A stretch of DNA of 64,000 bases from Eledone cirrhosa (Eukaryota): assembly GCA_964016885.1 (NCBI GenBank), contig OZ024751.1, positions 18,476,001 to 18,540,000 of the forward strand. The letters are read 5' to 3'. Positions 27,290 to 40,658 of the stretch are shown in pieces (positions within the stretch are counted from its first letter, which is position 1; every line of letters begins with the position of its first letter). The position numbers and the translations under genes were made by a program. The notes below the pieces were generated by a model, which did no database searches, was not told where the DNA came from, and worked only from the letters and a program-made list of their open reading frames with translations.

Positions 27290-27475
27290 TAATAAACACA
27301 ACCACAAGGATATGGTCCGAACGTGGAAGAGCCGAACTCCCACTGTCATCGCCTCCATCTCTCTCGCCCTCCCCATCTCTATGTATGGTGAGCACATGGT
27401 GTCCCATGTGTTGGCCTCCCCGGTGGTCAGATGAGAAAAGCGTTTCCCCGGAGGATGGTAAGGGAGAGGCGCTGG
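27290..27475 (-). mobile_element. CRE-like element extreme 3' end plus 3' UTR
   Basis: Minus QRLSLTILRGNAF, then a UTR shared with 34025-34120 and 34878-34990. Confidence 0.7.
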
Positions 27476-28280
27476 GGTCTAGTAAAAGTGTAGATCCTTC
27501 ATCACGAGCTAGTTTTCAATGTTGTTGTTGTTGTTGTTGTTGTTGGGCCCTAAATCATCTCTAATACGGGGCACATATGATCAAACTTATTCCAGCCGTG
27601 ACCATCCCGTCTTATTTTATGGTCAGACATATGTATCTGAGAAACGTTGTGGAAGAACCATTTTAGTAATTCAGAAAAGGACAAAAGTAAAACTGTTTAA
27701 ATTCAAGTTCCATATGCCGTTTTCGTCACACTATTTACGACCTGGTCACTGATATAGTTCCTACATAAACTGTGATCTGATAGAGATCATGTTGCTATGT
27801 CTAGCAGTCATAGCTGCCGCCTCATCGGGGATCCCTCGTTAACATGTTCATAATGCTGTCAGTCTTTAAACATTAAATATATCAGTTTCCTTCAGGTGGT
27901 AAGGTGTGGCAAGAAAAGGGTTGGGGTGCGATGGGGCTGGTGTAGTATATAGACGTAAGGTGTTGTATAGGGTGGAAAAGGGTGGTGTATAGTATAGTAT
28001 AGTTGGGAGGTGATGGAGGTAGTGTTGTGAGGGCTTAATGAAGCGGCGTTAGTTTACTGACTTCATCATTGTGTAGTCATATGTTCTGCAAACATCCGGG
28101 CTTTAGAAATTCAATACTTACACATCTCCACAGACACACACATACACACATACACACAAACTGACACAGACACATTCACAGATAAACATGTTTACACGCT
28201 CTCAGATTCGCCAGCTCTCATACATATTTGTATTTTTAGATATGTTACTATGTATGCATATACACACAAAACAACCTTTC

Positions 28281-28313
<33 letters not shown>

Positions 28314-28461
28314 CGAAGGAAGTGTGGTAAGGAACCAGGTGGACCATAACGCACCAAAGTACTCAATACTTAGGGTAGTAGAGTGGGTAATAGGAACGAG
28401 TAGGACCCCGACGGCTGAGCTCAAGCCGTTTCGACGGCTAATTCTTTTAGTCCTACTCGTT

Positions 28462-28510
<49 letters not shown>

Positions 28511-28567
28511 ATAATAAATGTGAAGACTAAAATCCGAAGGAGGTATCGGTTTGTTCTTATAATATAT

Positions 28568-28615
<48 letters not shown>

Positions 28616-28620
<5 letters not shown>

Positions 28621-28859
28621 GGAGGTGAGTTTTATTGTAGTACAATAGAGCAATGCAGATATCGGATAAGTAGCACCCTACAGTTTGTAGGGCTGGAGTA
28701 TAAATAATATATCAAAAGATGGTTAAATATATATATATATAACTCTTTTAACCATCTTTTGATATATTATTTATACTCCAGCCCTACAAACTGTAGAGTG
28801 CTACTTATCCGATATCTGCATTGCTCTATTGTACTACAATAAAACTCACCTCCTACATA
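28616..28859. repeat. Inverted repeat with ~112-bp arms, related to the element carrying the 4391 HHR
   Basis: atgtaggaggtgagttttattgtag...gatggttaaa / tttaaccatc...ctcacctcctacat; similar to 4360-4380 and 4522-4598. Confidence 0.85.
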
Positions 28860-28922
28860 ATATATATTGGTAAACGGAATAGAAAATGCTGACAAATTGT
28901 ACACAGTTGAAAAATAGTTTAA

Positions 28923-29895
28923 TCTATATATATAAAACTGTGGTTGTCTGTCTGTCTATCGATTTTTGGCACACATCTCCTCTTAGAATCTCTCACGGAA
29001 TTGCACCGAAATTGCTATACTTGTACATTGAGCCCTAGCGAAGACATCGGAAAAAAAAAAATTTCAAATTGACCCACCCTATGTGACGAAATCGAATATA
29101 ATGTATCGATTTTTGAGCGTAAATGATCAGTTATTTCCCTTTGTTCTGTTTACATTGAGCGTCTTACGTAAAAAATTACGCTGGCTTTCTCAGCGTTTAA
29201 AATGACATTAACAGTTGTCGAGCCAGCAAAATATTGACCTGCAAAATTCATCAGTTCGAACACTAAGCTTCCGTTTTGCTTCATTTCCATTTAAAAGCAT
29301 TTTAAAACAATATTTTTACTTGAAAACAAGTCTATTTAAAGACTACGTAAAACAAGCAAATATTTCGTCGTTAGGCGTGCAGACAGACAGTCGTGCAGAC
29401 AGACAGTCGTGCAGAGAGGTGATATACGCGTGCAGACAGATAGTCGTGCAGAGAGGTGATATAGGCGTGCAGACAGACAGTCGTGCAGAGAGGTGATATA
29501 GGCGTGCAGACAGACAGTCGTGCAGAGAGGTGATATAGGCGTGCAGACAGACAATCGTGCAGAGAGGTGATATAGGCGTGCAGACAGACATAACTGATAA
29601 TTTGGTTACGCTAATGTTTTTCTCTGCGTTGCAGTGTTTACATTTTCGATCTTTGTTAATAAATAACCAGTGCAGTTTTTATCCCCAGCATCCTCTTTTG
29701 TTATAACATTCGGGTTATCGTTATGTTTTCTTAACTTCATAAGGCATATTGTTGGTTGAGGGAATATTAATCAAAAACACCACATGCAAGTCTGCACAGT
29801 AGACACTACAGTTGTTAAGCCAAAAAAGAAACTTAACATTGAAACTTTAACACAGCTACTGAGCGACCCCGAGCAACGCCGGGCTTTACTGCTAG
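28923..29895 (+). mobile_element. Non-autonomous Helitron with internal 37-bp minisatellite (~29373-29590)
   Basis: 5' A|TCTATATATATAAAAC; 3' hairpin cccgagcaacgccggg followed by CTAG|T; inserted between A and T with no TSD. Confidence 0.85.
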
Positions 29896-30157
29896 TTAGG
29901 AATAAAAGAGTATTAGTAATTGTATGGGTTAGTATTCAGTTGTGGTTTTAAGTTTTTAAGTTTTTACCGGTTGCGCATTTCTAAATGCTTTTCAAAAATA
30001 ATTTTGAGATAGAGTGTCCGTGTTGTTTGCTCTGATCTGATTAGTTTTGGGAATTCTACCTGTTTTTATGTTAAAAAAGTGGCTTCAGCGTTACTTTGGT
30101 GTTGCAAAAATTCTTGTGGTCAAAACAATTTTGATTGGTCGGTAGAGGTCATTGTTT

Positions 30158-30195
<38 letters not shown>

Positions 30196-30369
30196 TATAT
30201 ATCCTTATCCTGGGTTCAATCGGGGGTAACCACAGTAAGTAAAGTACTCAATACATAGCAAAGTATAGATATTTAATATAGAAATGGCTTCTACAGGATT
30301 AGGACTGTTTCATTCGGAGGAATATATATGTATATATATGTGTATGTGTATGTGTGTGCGTGTGTGTAT

Positions 30370-30625
30370 GGAAGCACGTGGCCTAGTGGTAAGGGTGTTG
30401 GGTTCGATTCCTGGGTTGCGTGTTGTGTTGTTGAGCAAAATACTTAATTTAGCGTTGCTCCAGTATACTCAGCTGAAAATGAGTACCAGCAATAGCAGGG
30501 GGGTTTAAGCCTGCGATGGACTGGCGTCCTGACAAGGGGGAAGACGTGTACTCTCAGTCGTTTCACGCCATGAAATTGGGATAAGCACCGGCCAAATGAG
30601 CCTTCTGGCTTAAGACAGACTTTCG
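30370..30625 (+). mobile_element. tRNA-derived SINE, family B (CORE-like plus V-domain-like)
   Basis: tggcctagtggtaa / ggttcgattcc boxes, ttgagcaaaatactt, cctgcgatggactggcgtcc, tail gataagcaccggcc..agacttt. Confidence 0.75.
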
Positions 30626-30699
30626 ACTTTTATATATATATACTAGACCACCACCCGTGGCCCGTTGGGTCAAGTTCACTTCAAAATATCTTTTGAAAA

Positions 30700-31078
30700 T
30701 AATTGTTTTTACTTTAGGCACAAGGCCAGTAAATACCCAGTACATTACTGGTACGTTATTTTATCGACCCCGTAAGGATGAAAGGCAAAGTTAACCTCGG
30801 CGGGATTTGAACTCAGAATGTAAAGGGACGTAACCATGCTAGAAAGCATGGCATCCAACCCTCTACCGATACTGCCAAGATGTTCACTTAAAAATAATTT
30901 TTAAATAATCATAATATACACAGATTGTATATAATTGTTTCTACTTTTAGCACAAGGCCAGCAATTACCCAGCGCATTACTGGTACTTTATTTTATCGAC
31001 CTCATAAGGATGAATAAAATAAAGTACTAGTAATGCACTGGTAACTTGCTGGCCTTGTGCCAAAAGTAGAAACAATTA
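30700..31078 (-). mobile_element. SINE family A (30700-30878) and a fold-back of two SINE 3' halves (30932-31078)
   Basis: Motif match; the second piece carries the tail in opposite orientations at both ends. Confidence 0.8.
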
Positions 31079-31411
31079 TATACATGTCTGTGTATTGTGA
31101 AATGAAACTGGAAGGCCCATATATATACATGTGTGTATACATATATATGTGTGTGCGTGTGTATATATATGTGTGGGTGTCTGTGATCTATATACTCTGG
31201 TCAATATACACAAGCAAGCAATCACAGACTATTAGTATTATATAGATAGATAATTATATCGTATAGTTTTCATCTAACCCATGTAGTTGATGAAGTAGAA
31301 ATACATGTCTGTCTTATGTGGCAGTTTTTCTGTGTCAACTTTCTGCTAGTACGATATATATGTATGTATGTGTGTATGTGTGTATGTGTGTATGTGTGTG
31401 TGTGGCTGGTA

Positions 31412-31490
<79 letters not shown>

Positions 31491-32052
31491 CGTTTGTGTA
31501 TGTGTGTTATACACATAGAAACTGATGATGATGATAAAGACATCATCACCGTTAACCTCAAGTTATGCTGTATATGTATTAATATTTTTATATTTTGCTA
31601 GTAATCAGAGAAACCTCGTAGGTAATCTATTTTATATGCAATTCTATATAAGAAGCTGAATTACATACCTTACATAGTAATATGTCGTAAAGCCTCCTTG
31701 ACATAATTGCATAATCTCCCTACTGTAAAGTTTTTTCTTGCGTGTCTGATGAATCATATTGCTATGACGTTTACAATATTCATGTTTACATTTGAATTTT
31801 TATATTACATTAGATTTCTGAAGTACATGGTGTGACTTGTGGGTTTGGGGTTTTTGTGACAATGTAAGACATTTGAATTACAATTACAATCAATCCAGCG
31901 GGAATTTATATAATTTCCAACTAATAAAATTCACTCACTAGACTTAAGTCCACATGAGGCTATGATAAAAATACTTGCTTAAAACTTCATACATTGAGAT
32001 CTAACCCGGAATCTGCTAATTGCGATGCCATGCCTGCAACCATTCCATAATA

Positions 32053-32243
32053 TAATTGTTTCTCCTTTTGGCACAAGGCCAGCAATTATCTCAGTGCTTT
32101 ACTGGTACTTTATTTTATCGACTCCGTAAGGATGAAAGGCAAAGTTAACCTGGGCGGGATTTGAACTCATCCCGTAAAGGGCCATAACTCTGTGCTGCAA
32201 AGCATGGCGTCCGAGCCTCTACCGATACTGCCAATCCACCGCC
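32053..32243 (-). mobile_element. SINE family A with apparent TSD cattccataatataat
   Basis: cattccataatataat occurs at 32041 and again at ~32243. Confidence 0.85.
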
Positions 32244-32323
32244 ATTCCATAATATAATGGTATATAATTTAACTTTACTTTTATTTTCTCATTAATATAA
32301 ATGACTTTCAATAATTTATACGA

Positions 32324-32573
32324 TGTAGGAAGCTCAGAGTCAGAAAATAACTACAATTATATTCAGTTGCGATATAGCTTATAAAATTCTGCTACAGACC
32401 CCTAGAAACGGAAAAATGTTCGAAGTATTGAACGAAGTATTGAACTCCGATCTCTCAGTTACCGGCTGCTGGCAATATATTTGCATTTCTAGGGGGTCTT
32501 TACCTAATTTCTATAAACTAATTTGTAACAACTAATTGTAATTGCAGTTATTTTCCGCAACTGAGCTTCCTAC
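32324..32573. mobile_element. Imperfect long inverted repeat (MITE/fold-back)
   Basis: tgtaggaagctcag..aaaataactacaatta..agacccctagaaa / tttctagggggtct..taattgcagttatttt..ctgagcttcctaca. Confidence 0.65.
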
Positions 32574-34021
32574 AACTTCTTATAAATTTATTTGCTCGGC
32601 ACTTAGTAAGTTCGAAAATTAGAGTTTCTCACATGATCTTTGTTTATAAATTCAATATTTGGGGAGGTGTCTAATAGTTGTCAGTTTGATAAGTCCTGGT
32701 TGAATGTATATTATGGTCAGAGTACTAAAAGCTATTTTATGACTGAGGGATTTACCAAAATTATTAATTATTTTATTATTACGATGGTAATTGTAACTTA
32801 AGAAAAGTTTCTTATTTCAAATTATGATTGGGAATTTAAATTTAAATGGGTGTCCTTTAAAATATGTAGATCTACACCATAGACGCAGATGGGGTATAAA
32901 AACTTTTGAAAAAATCATGTTCTCCCATCGAGAGTTTTGTTAATTCATACCAAGCCTGTGGACTGGAGCACAGATCGAACTTAGTTCGCTCTCAATGAAA
33001 ATATCGTTTTCTACTTGACTTTTATTTTTTAAATAATTTTTCTATATCTTGTGAACTTTCGATTCGTGTCCTTCAGGTCATGAACTTTGGGCTACGCTCT
33101 TGTCTTTCGAACCCAAAATTGTTCAACGCAGGTGTTGGATATTTCAGCTGAATAAAACAATAGATCATAGCAGGAGTTCTCGTTTTAGCTTTTCATTTCA
33201 CTATATTTTTTTCTGTTTTTTTTTTTTCCATTGTCCTTCTTTTTATATTGAGTTTGTTTCAATACGAATAGAAATAAACATTTCTTTATTTATGTATATG
33301 TATGTATGTGCGTGTATGTGTGTGAGAGAGAGAGAGCGAGAGGGGGGGGGGTGACTGAGCGAGGGATATATATATATATATATATATACATGCGTGTATA
33401 TATATATATATATATACATACGTATATATATATAGAGAGAGAGAGAGAGTTTCCTTAATATATATATAAAGAAATTTCTATTCATATAGAAACAATCCCA
33501 ATATATGTATACATGTGTGTTTAAGTATGTATACATATGTATAGCCTCTCCCTATTAAGTTGTTTGTATTTATTTTCGTTCAGTAAATGCGTGTATGTGT
33601 ACTTGTGTGTGTACGTGCGTGTCCGTTAGAGATGAATATGTGTAAGTGTATGTATGTGTAAGTGTAGATATGTGTATGTATCTGTGTTGGCTTAATGAAT
33701 GTTCTTTTGAATTTACTGTATTTTATTTGAATTCCCGCGGTGTACTGACTGGAATCTACTCCATGCGGTCGCAACACCTACTAGAAATAGTAGCACAACT
33801 TCCTTCATTAAGTATATCTTTTTCAAGGATTCTAAGATTTCAGTGTGTTTGGCTATTTTTATGAGATTGAGTGACAACGTAGATATTTACTGTTTGCCTT
33901 GTTCTAGCGTGTAGTTTCTTAATAAAGTTATGAGGACTGAAAGTCGTGAGGTGGTGCCGAGAAGTATTAAATTGTAGTTATATTCATTGTGAATATACAC
34001 GCTAGTCAGACTCATAACCTG

Positions 34022-34303
34022 CTTAATGAACACAACCACAAGGATATGAACTGAACGGGGAAGAGCCGAACTCCCACTATCATCGCCTCCAACTCTCTCG
34101 TCTTGCCCATCTCTCTGTATAGTGATCAAACGGGGTCCCTCGTGTTAGCTGCCCCCACAGCTCCGGCGGATAGAATGGAGAAGGCGTTTTCCCGGAGGAT
34201 GGTAAGGGAGATGCGCTGGAAGAGCCATTTCAACACGCGAGGCTTACACCTGCGGTTGGCCAGCTCAGCGCCTATGGTGGTGGTGAGTAGGGAGGTAGCC
34301 CTA
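34022..34303 (-). mobile_element. CRE-like 3' fragment; further pieces at 34563-34652 (+) and 34878-34990 (-)
   Basis: RATSLLTTTIGAELANRRCKPRVLKWLFQRISLTILRENAFSILSAG aligns with ORF 20662-21156. Confidence 0.8.
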
Positions 34304-35116
34304 GTTGTTGTTTTTTTTAGCCTCAGGTCAACCTTCATTCAATCAATTTATTATCAAAGAATGATAATTCATCCTCTTATACGAGGCCCCAACATTCGAA
34401 AGATTCTACCGAGTGGCTATCAGGAATTATTTGCGACAAACAAGTCTCCCAGTTTCCAAGTCTTCCCACTATAACGTTGATAAGACAATACCACAAATGA
34501 AGCACGAATAAATAAATAAAATATATTTTTATAAAATTACAAACCACGACTGAATCAACTTTGTGGAGACTTCTGGTGTCCTTGGTCCTAGGACCAACTC
34601 CCTACTCACCACCATCGGCACGTCTTCCTCGCGATCCTCCGGGGAAATATCTTCCCTATTTTGTCCATTTGCTTATAATAGTTGTTTCTACTTTTGGCAC
34701 AAGGCCAGCAATAACCCAGTACATTACTGGTACTTTATTTGCTTATAATAGTGAGAAGTGGGGAGACAGTGACAATGGAAATTTGATTCTGTCATGTTCA
34801 GAACAAATATATATGTATATATCTATTTATCTATCCATCTAGTTAACCCCTGGCTACAGAAGGGTACACAACTACATTAAACACAACCACAAGAATATGG
34901 TCCGAACGTGGAAGAGCCGAACTCCCACTGTCATCGCCTCCATCTCTCTCGCCATCCCCATCTCTCTCGCCATCCCCATCTCTCTGTATGGTGTGTACAT
35001 TCCATTTTCATTACTTCTGTTTGAACCAGGTACATGCTCTAACTACAACTCACACATACACACATGCACACACAATTCTTGTTCATTTTGCCATTTGACA
35101 TTTTGAAAATGCAAAG

Positions 35117-35512
35117 ATGATTTTATTTAGTGACTTACTTGACATTTTTTACGATTTTCAAAATTTAAAGTATCAAGGAAAAAACTTGGAACTTTGCCAT
35201 AAATGTTTCCCGTTTCACTGGAGATTGAAAATTCTCTTGTTTTTTGGTAAAAAACATTCCTATTTGTTTAAGGAGAAGAAATTATTGGTCACCTGATTAT
35301 GCATACGATTTTGTTAGTTTTCCGTTAAGTCCGAGCCCTAAAAAGAGCCCAACAAAATAATAAGGCGCTGTATATTCGATCTGTCAAGTGGCTGAATAAA
35401 AAAGATTTGTATCTATTTGTATCTACTAGATCAGTGTGTTTTTTTTTTTTGACATGTGAGAAAAAGTGGTCAATATGCCCAAATGTCAAGTAAGCCACTA
35501 AAAAATAATCCT
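35117..35512. mobile_element. TIR-bounded MITE-like element
   Basis: ttagtgacttacttgacattt / aaatgtcaagtaagccactaa. Confidence 0.55.
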
Positions 35513-35568
35513 CAAAACACCAAGTGCGTTTTGAACTTCTTTTCTTAATATATATATATGTGTGTGTG

Positions 35569-35616
<48 letters not shown>

Positions 35617-35761
35617 AATAATAAATGTGAAGACTAAAATCCGAAGAGGGCTTGATGAGGATAATATATATATATCAAATATATAAAAACAATATTAAGA
35701 TAACAGATTAAAGTTTAAGCAGAGAATCGCTGCTTTCACCCTTAACGGAATCTTCTGAAAC

Positions 35762-35793
<32 letters not shown>

Positions 35794-35906
35794 CACATAA
35801 ATTTATCTATCTACATATTTATCAATTTATCTAATTATTTATTTATCTAACTATATAGCTACTTATCGATCTATCTATCTATCTAGTTATCCTCTTCTCT
35901 CTCGCT

Positions 35907-35993
<87 letters not shown>

Positions 35994-36028
35994 TACAAAT
36001 ATTAATAAAATAGATGTTCTTTTGATCA

Positions 36029-36091
36029 ATTACATTTTATTATACATATTTCGAATGTACGACTGTACGTCCTCATCAGACAAAATATAAT
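36029..36091 (-). ncRNA. Type I hammerhead ribozyme motif
   Basis: ATTATATTTTGT-CTGATGA-GGACGTAC-AGTC-GTACATTC-GAAA-TATGTA-TA^ATAAAATGTAAT; 12-bp stem I including two G-U pairs. Confidence 0.78.
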
Positions 36092-36245
36092 GATACATGA
36101 CATACCCTGAGATGTTAAATGGTTAAGATTTAATCAAGGTAGTAATCAACTTTAATAACTCAGGAATATTATTTCTCGTAGAGTGCTTCGAATCTACTGT
36201 AAAACTCATTCTTTGACATACTCATTGAATCTTGTTTAACTATTT

Positions 36246-36338
<93 letters not shown>

Positions 36339-36600
36339 CCTGGGAGATATTAATTCTGTTATTACTACTTTTGATTCAAGAGTCGGGCCAGATCGATACA
36401 TATCGAACCTCGAGCTGATCAGTAGCGAAACGCACGTCACTAACCAATAAAGTAATGAAGGAGTAACCATTCAGCTTGTATTATATGAGTTCAAATCCCG
36501 CCGAGGTTCACTTTGCCTTTCATCTTTACGGGGTCGATAAAATAAAGTACCAGTAATGCACTGACAAATTGCTGAACCTTGTGCTTAAAGTAGAAACAAT

Positions 36601-36631
<31 letters not shown>

Positions 36632-37033
36632 TTGTGTGTGTGTGTATGAGTGTATGTGTGTGTGTGTGTGTGTGTGTATGTGTGTGTTTATATATAGGGG
36701 TGGGGTAGAGAGAGACAGAAAGAACGTTGTAACTTTTGGGGAACTTCCAATGGCTTACTATGAGTTTATATTTTGTGTGTTACATTGCCTTGCTTTTTAT
36801 TTTGTTTCTCATTCCTTGTTTAGACCTTGTTCAAATCTAAATGTTAGTAGGGTGAATAAATCCCATTCCGAAATGTCTTGTTGATGTTGAAAGGGTCTAG
36901 CAGGAAGGGGAAGACGACATGTTACCAAACATGGGTATGTGGGTATGTTAGACTATTTTCTGTTGGTGTAACGGTAGTGTTACAAGTGCCCTATGCTTAG
37001 AGTAATCCATATTTCTTAAAGCGCACTAGTTCG

Positions 37034-37103
<70 letters not shown>

Positions 37104-37234
37104 GAGGTTATATTTAATTTGTTGGGATTCAACAAGCTTAAACATTTTTATAACTGATATGAAGCACTCAACAAGTTAGTGGAGTAAATATACAATATAT
37201 TAACAATTGGAAACTATATTTATAAAACTATATT

Positions 37235-37300
37235 TATTTTATTATACATATTTCAAGGGCCACCAAGGCAAATTATGGTGCGCTTTCATCAGATAAAATA
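37235..37300 (-). ncRNA. Type I hammerhead motif, left arm of a divergent pair
   Basis: TATTTTAT-CTGATGA-AAGCGCACCA..TGGTGGCCCTT-GAAA-TATGTA-TA^ATAAAATA. Confidence 0.72.
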
Positions 37301-37413
37301 CAATACAGATTAGTTTTATAAATAAATATTGACATATCCAGAAAGCTCCAACCGATAAGGTTGTCTTTTTTCAGGGTATGTCAGATATTTATTTATATAA
37401 CTAATCTGTATTG

Positions 37414-37469
37414 TATTTTATCTGATGAAAGCGCACCATGCTGGCCCTTGAAATATGTATAATAAAATA
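37414..37469 (+). ncRNA. Type I hammerhead motif, right arm of a divergent pair (shortened stem II)
   Basis: TATTTTAT-CTGATGA-AAGCGCACCATGCTGGCCCTT-GAAA-TATGTA-TA^ATAAAATA. Confidence 0.68.
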
Positions 37470-37489
37470 AATATGGTTTTATAAATATA

Positions 37490-37871
37490 CAAGGGCAATC
37501 CCAAAAGTAAGGTCTCCTTCCGATATTGCACATTTTCCGTTAAAATCCTGTGGTTGGTGCTTCAGGAATCAAAATGCAGAGAACATCCAGAGTGATTCGC
37601 CGATCTTTACGCATGTGTTTTTCGGAGGAGACCTTACTTTGGGGATTGCCCTCGCATATAATAACAGCGCGAAATTCGCACTTGGCGGTAGCGTTCAACG
37701 GGAGCTCCATTCTCAACGTGTGCCAAGCCAAGATTGAGCATCCCAGCGAAGCGCGCGTATGCTTGTTTGGGAGTGAAGGAATACCAATCGCAACAGTGTT
37801 GTCAACAGCCGTACGAACAGTTTCTCTGCATCCCCATCGCTTTAGAGACTTTACTTTTGGGATTACCCTCG
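37490..37871 (-). mobile_element. Mariner transposon remnant / nested MITE
   Basis: TIR c(g/a)agggc/taatcccaaaagtaagg at 37490, ~37653 (inverted), 37871 (inverted) and ~38014. Peptides MELPLNATAKCEFRAVI and RKDRRITLD resemble a mariner N-terminal HTH region. Confidence 0.7.
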
Positions 37872-37886
37872 TGTTTATACAAACAT

Positions 37887-37980
<94 letters not shown>

Positions 37981-38161
37981 GTGTATGTGTGTGTGTGTGT
38001 GTGTGTATAAATACGAAGGTAATCCCAAAAGTAAGGACTCCTCCGAAGAAAACATATACATATATATATATACATACACACACACACACATATATATATA
38101 CATGTATACATACATACATACATATATATATGTATGTATGTATGTATGTATACACATGTAT

Positions 38162-38205
<44 letters not shown>

Positions 38206-38550
38206 TGTACATATTGTAGGTATTGAAAGGGTTAATGCGTGACATTATACAAGTAGCTTCATCTAAGGCGGGAATCTTCAGAGCAATAGTTATATATGTG
38301 TATGTTTGTAATATGTGTATAGTGTGTGTGTGTCTGTCTGTGTGTGTGAGAGAGAGACAGAGAGAGGGGGGAGTGAGGGGGGAGGAGAGAGAATGTTAAT
38401 AACAACATAGTCAAAGCATTACTCTTGGAGACAAAACGGAAACAAAGCTACATCAAAGTGAAAAGTTATCTTTATATTTAAAACATGGTCTGTTTCCTGT
38501 GAAATAGACTGGTATTCTCGTGCACTGTACACATACACACACACACACAT

Positions 38551-38620
<70 letters not shown>

Positions 38621-38652
38621 TATTGGACGCTAAACAGTGTGGGGGGGTAACG

Positions 38653-38720
<68 letters not shown>

Positions 38721-39791
38721 GTGTGTGTGTGTGTGTGCATGTGTGTGTGTGTGCGTGTGTATTTCTCGATCCTACCACACTTCCTGATGGTCATTCATGT
38801 ATATTTAACCGCACCCAGTTCATCTCAACAAATGCATCTCAACACAATGGACTAGGTTTCTCAAAGCTCCCGATGTCAGACAGTTAAATAGAGCACAATA
38901 ATAAAATAATGATTTACGGTGAACGAACAAATACTTGTCTGGAATTCGAACACATATATTTTTGCTGAACTAATATTAATAGATATTATCAATGAGGTTA
39001 AGCATAACAATTGTTCGTGCAATGTTACACAACGCCACCCAGATATTTATATTTACATATGACTATCTTGCCACAGAGATATCCATATTTACATATGGAT
39101 ATCTCTGTGGGTGGATATGTGTGCCGAAATCTTGTCGGTGTATCTATGTGTTGTTTGTATAAACCCTTTTGATACCAGACTGGTTGTATCCGCCCCTGGT
39201 CTTATGATATATAACTGTTTGTTTTAATGTTATCTAAAAAATCTCCGATATATTTTATGTCCCAAGGATTTCTGATTTAGGCACAAGGCCAACAATTTTG
39301 GGAGGAAGGGGAAAGTCGACTAAATCGACCCCAGTGTGTGACTGGTATTTTATTTTATCGACGCCGTAAGAATATAAGTCAAACGTAACCTCGGCGGAAT
39401 TTTGAACTCGGTACGTAAAGGGCGGGAACTCTATGCTGCAAATTATGCTGCGCGTTACAAAAAAACCAGCTTAATAATGAATAAGTTAGTTGCATTGCTA
39501 GAAATCTTCAAATTCTTGATTATTTTCAAATTTAAATCAATGAAGTTAAGCATAATAAATATTATTTACATATGACTATCTCTGTGGAGAGATATGTGTG
39601 CCGAAATCTTGTAGGTATCTATGTGTTGTTTGTATAAACCCTTTTGATACCAGACTGGTTGAATCTGCCCTTGGTCTTATGATACAAAACTGTTTGTTTT
39701 AAAGTTATCTAAAAAACCTCCTTTATAATATTTTCCGTCATAATATTCTTAAATTACGTTACAAACACCAGATTAATAATATATAAGCTAG

Positions 39792-40175
39792 GGCGAGGTC
39801 TTGGCAGTATTGGTAGAGCGTCGGACAACATGTTTTATGACATAAAGTTACGCCCCTTTACGATTTGAGTTCAAATCCTGCCGAGGGATCGATAAAATAA
39901 AGTACCAGTAATACATTTGGGTCGATTTAATTGACTTTCCCCTCGCCCCAAATTATTGATTTTTGTCTCTAAATCAGAAACCAATAATTGTTTCTACTTT
40001 TGGCACAAGGCCAGCAATTATCCCAGTGCCTTACTGGTACTTTATTTTATCGACCCCGTAAGGATGAAAGGCAAAGTTAACCTCGGCGGGATTTGAACTC
40101 AGACCGTAAAGGGCCTTAATTCTATGCTGCAAAGCACGGTGTCCGACCTTCTACCGATACTGCCAATCCACCCCA
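39792..40175. mobile_element. Tail-to-tail pair of family A SINEs (+ 39792-39983, - 39985-40175)
   Basis: Motif match in both orientations. Confidence 0.8.
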
Positions 40176-40195
40176 TTGAAAAAAATGACACTCGC

Positions 40196-40267
40196 CTCCC
40201 CGGCGGGGAATCAAACCCGGATCTCCCGCGTGACAGGCGGGGATACTTACCACTATACTACCGAAGT
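40196..40267 (-). pseudogene. tRNA-Asp-GTC: tRNA-Asp(GTC) copy, probably a pseudogene
   Basis: Minus ACTTCGGTAGTATAGTGGTAAGTATCCCCGCCTGTCACGCGGGAGATCCGGGTTTGATTCCCCGCCGGGGAG. T-loop TTT instead of TTC, damaged acceptor 5' end, T7 terminator 10 nt downstream. Confidence 0.85.
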
Positions 40268-40353
40268 TAGTTGTATTGCTATAAATCTTCCAAGTGTTTA
40301 GTTATATTTTAATTTATTTGAAAATCAAAGTTTTTCATTGAAAGACTATATAA

Positions 40354-40658
40354 TAATTGTTTCTACGTTTAGCACAAGGCCAGCAATTACCCAGTACATT
40401 ACTGGTACTTTATTTTATCGACCCCGTAAGGATGAAAGGCAAAGTCAACCTCGGCGGGATTTGAACTCAGATGGTAAAGGGACGTAACTATGCTGGAAAG
40501 CATGGCGTCCGACCCTCTACCGATACTGCCAATCCACCGATATAATAATTGTTTCTACGTTTAGCACAAGGCCAGCAATTACCCAGTACATTACTGGTAC
40601 TATATTTTATCGACCCCGTAAGGATGAAAGGCAAAGTTAACCACGGCGGGATTTGAAC
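40354..40658 (-). mobile_element. Family A SINE plus partial tandem copy
   Basis: Both copies share the variant ctacgtttagcac and are bounded by tataataat. Confidence 0.8.

Larger units (their letters stand above)
38990..40340. repeat. Diverged local tandem duplication (~550-bp unit) with piggyBac-like ends; the copies carry different insertions
   Basis: tatttacatatgactatct..gccgaaatcttgt..aaacccttttgataccagactgg occurs at ~39050-39180 and ~39563-39660. Confidence 0.7.
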
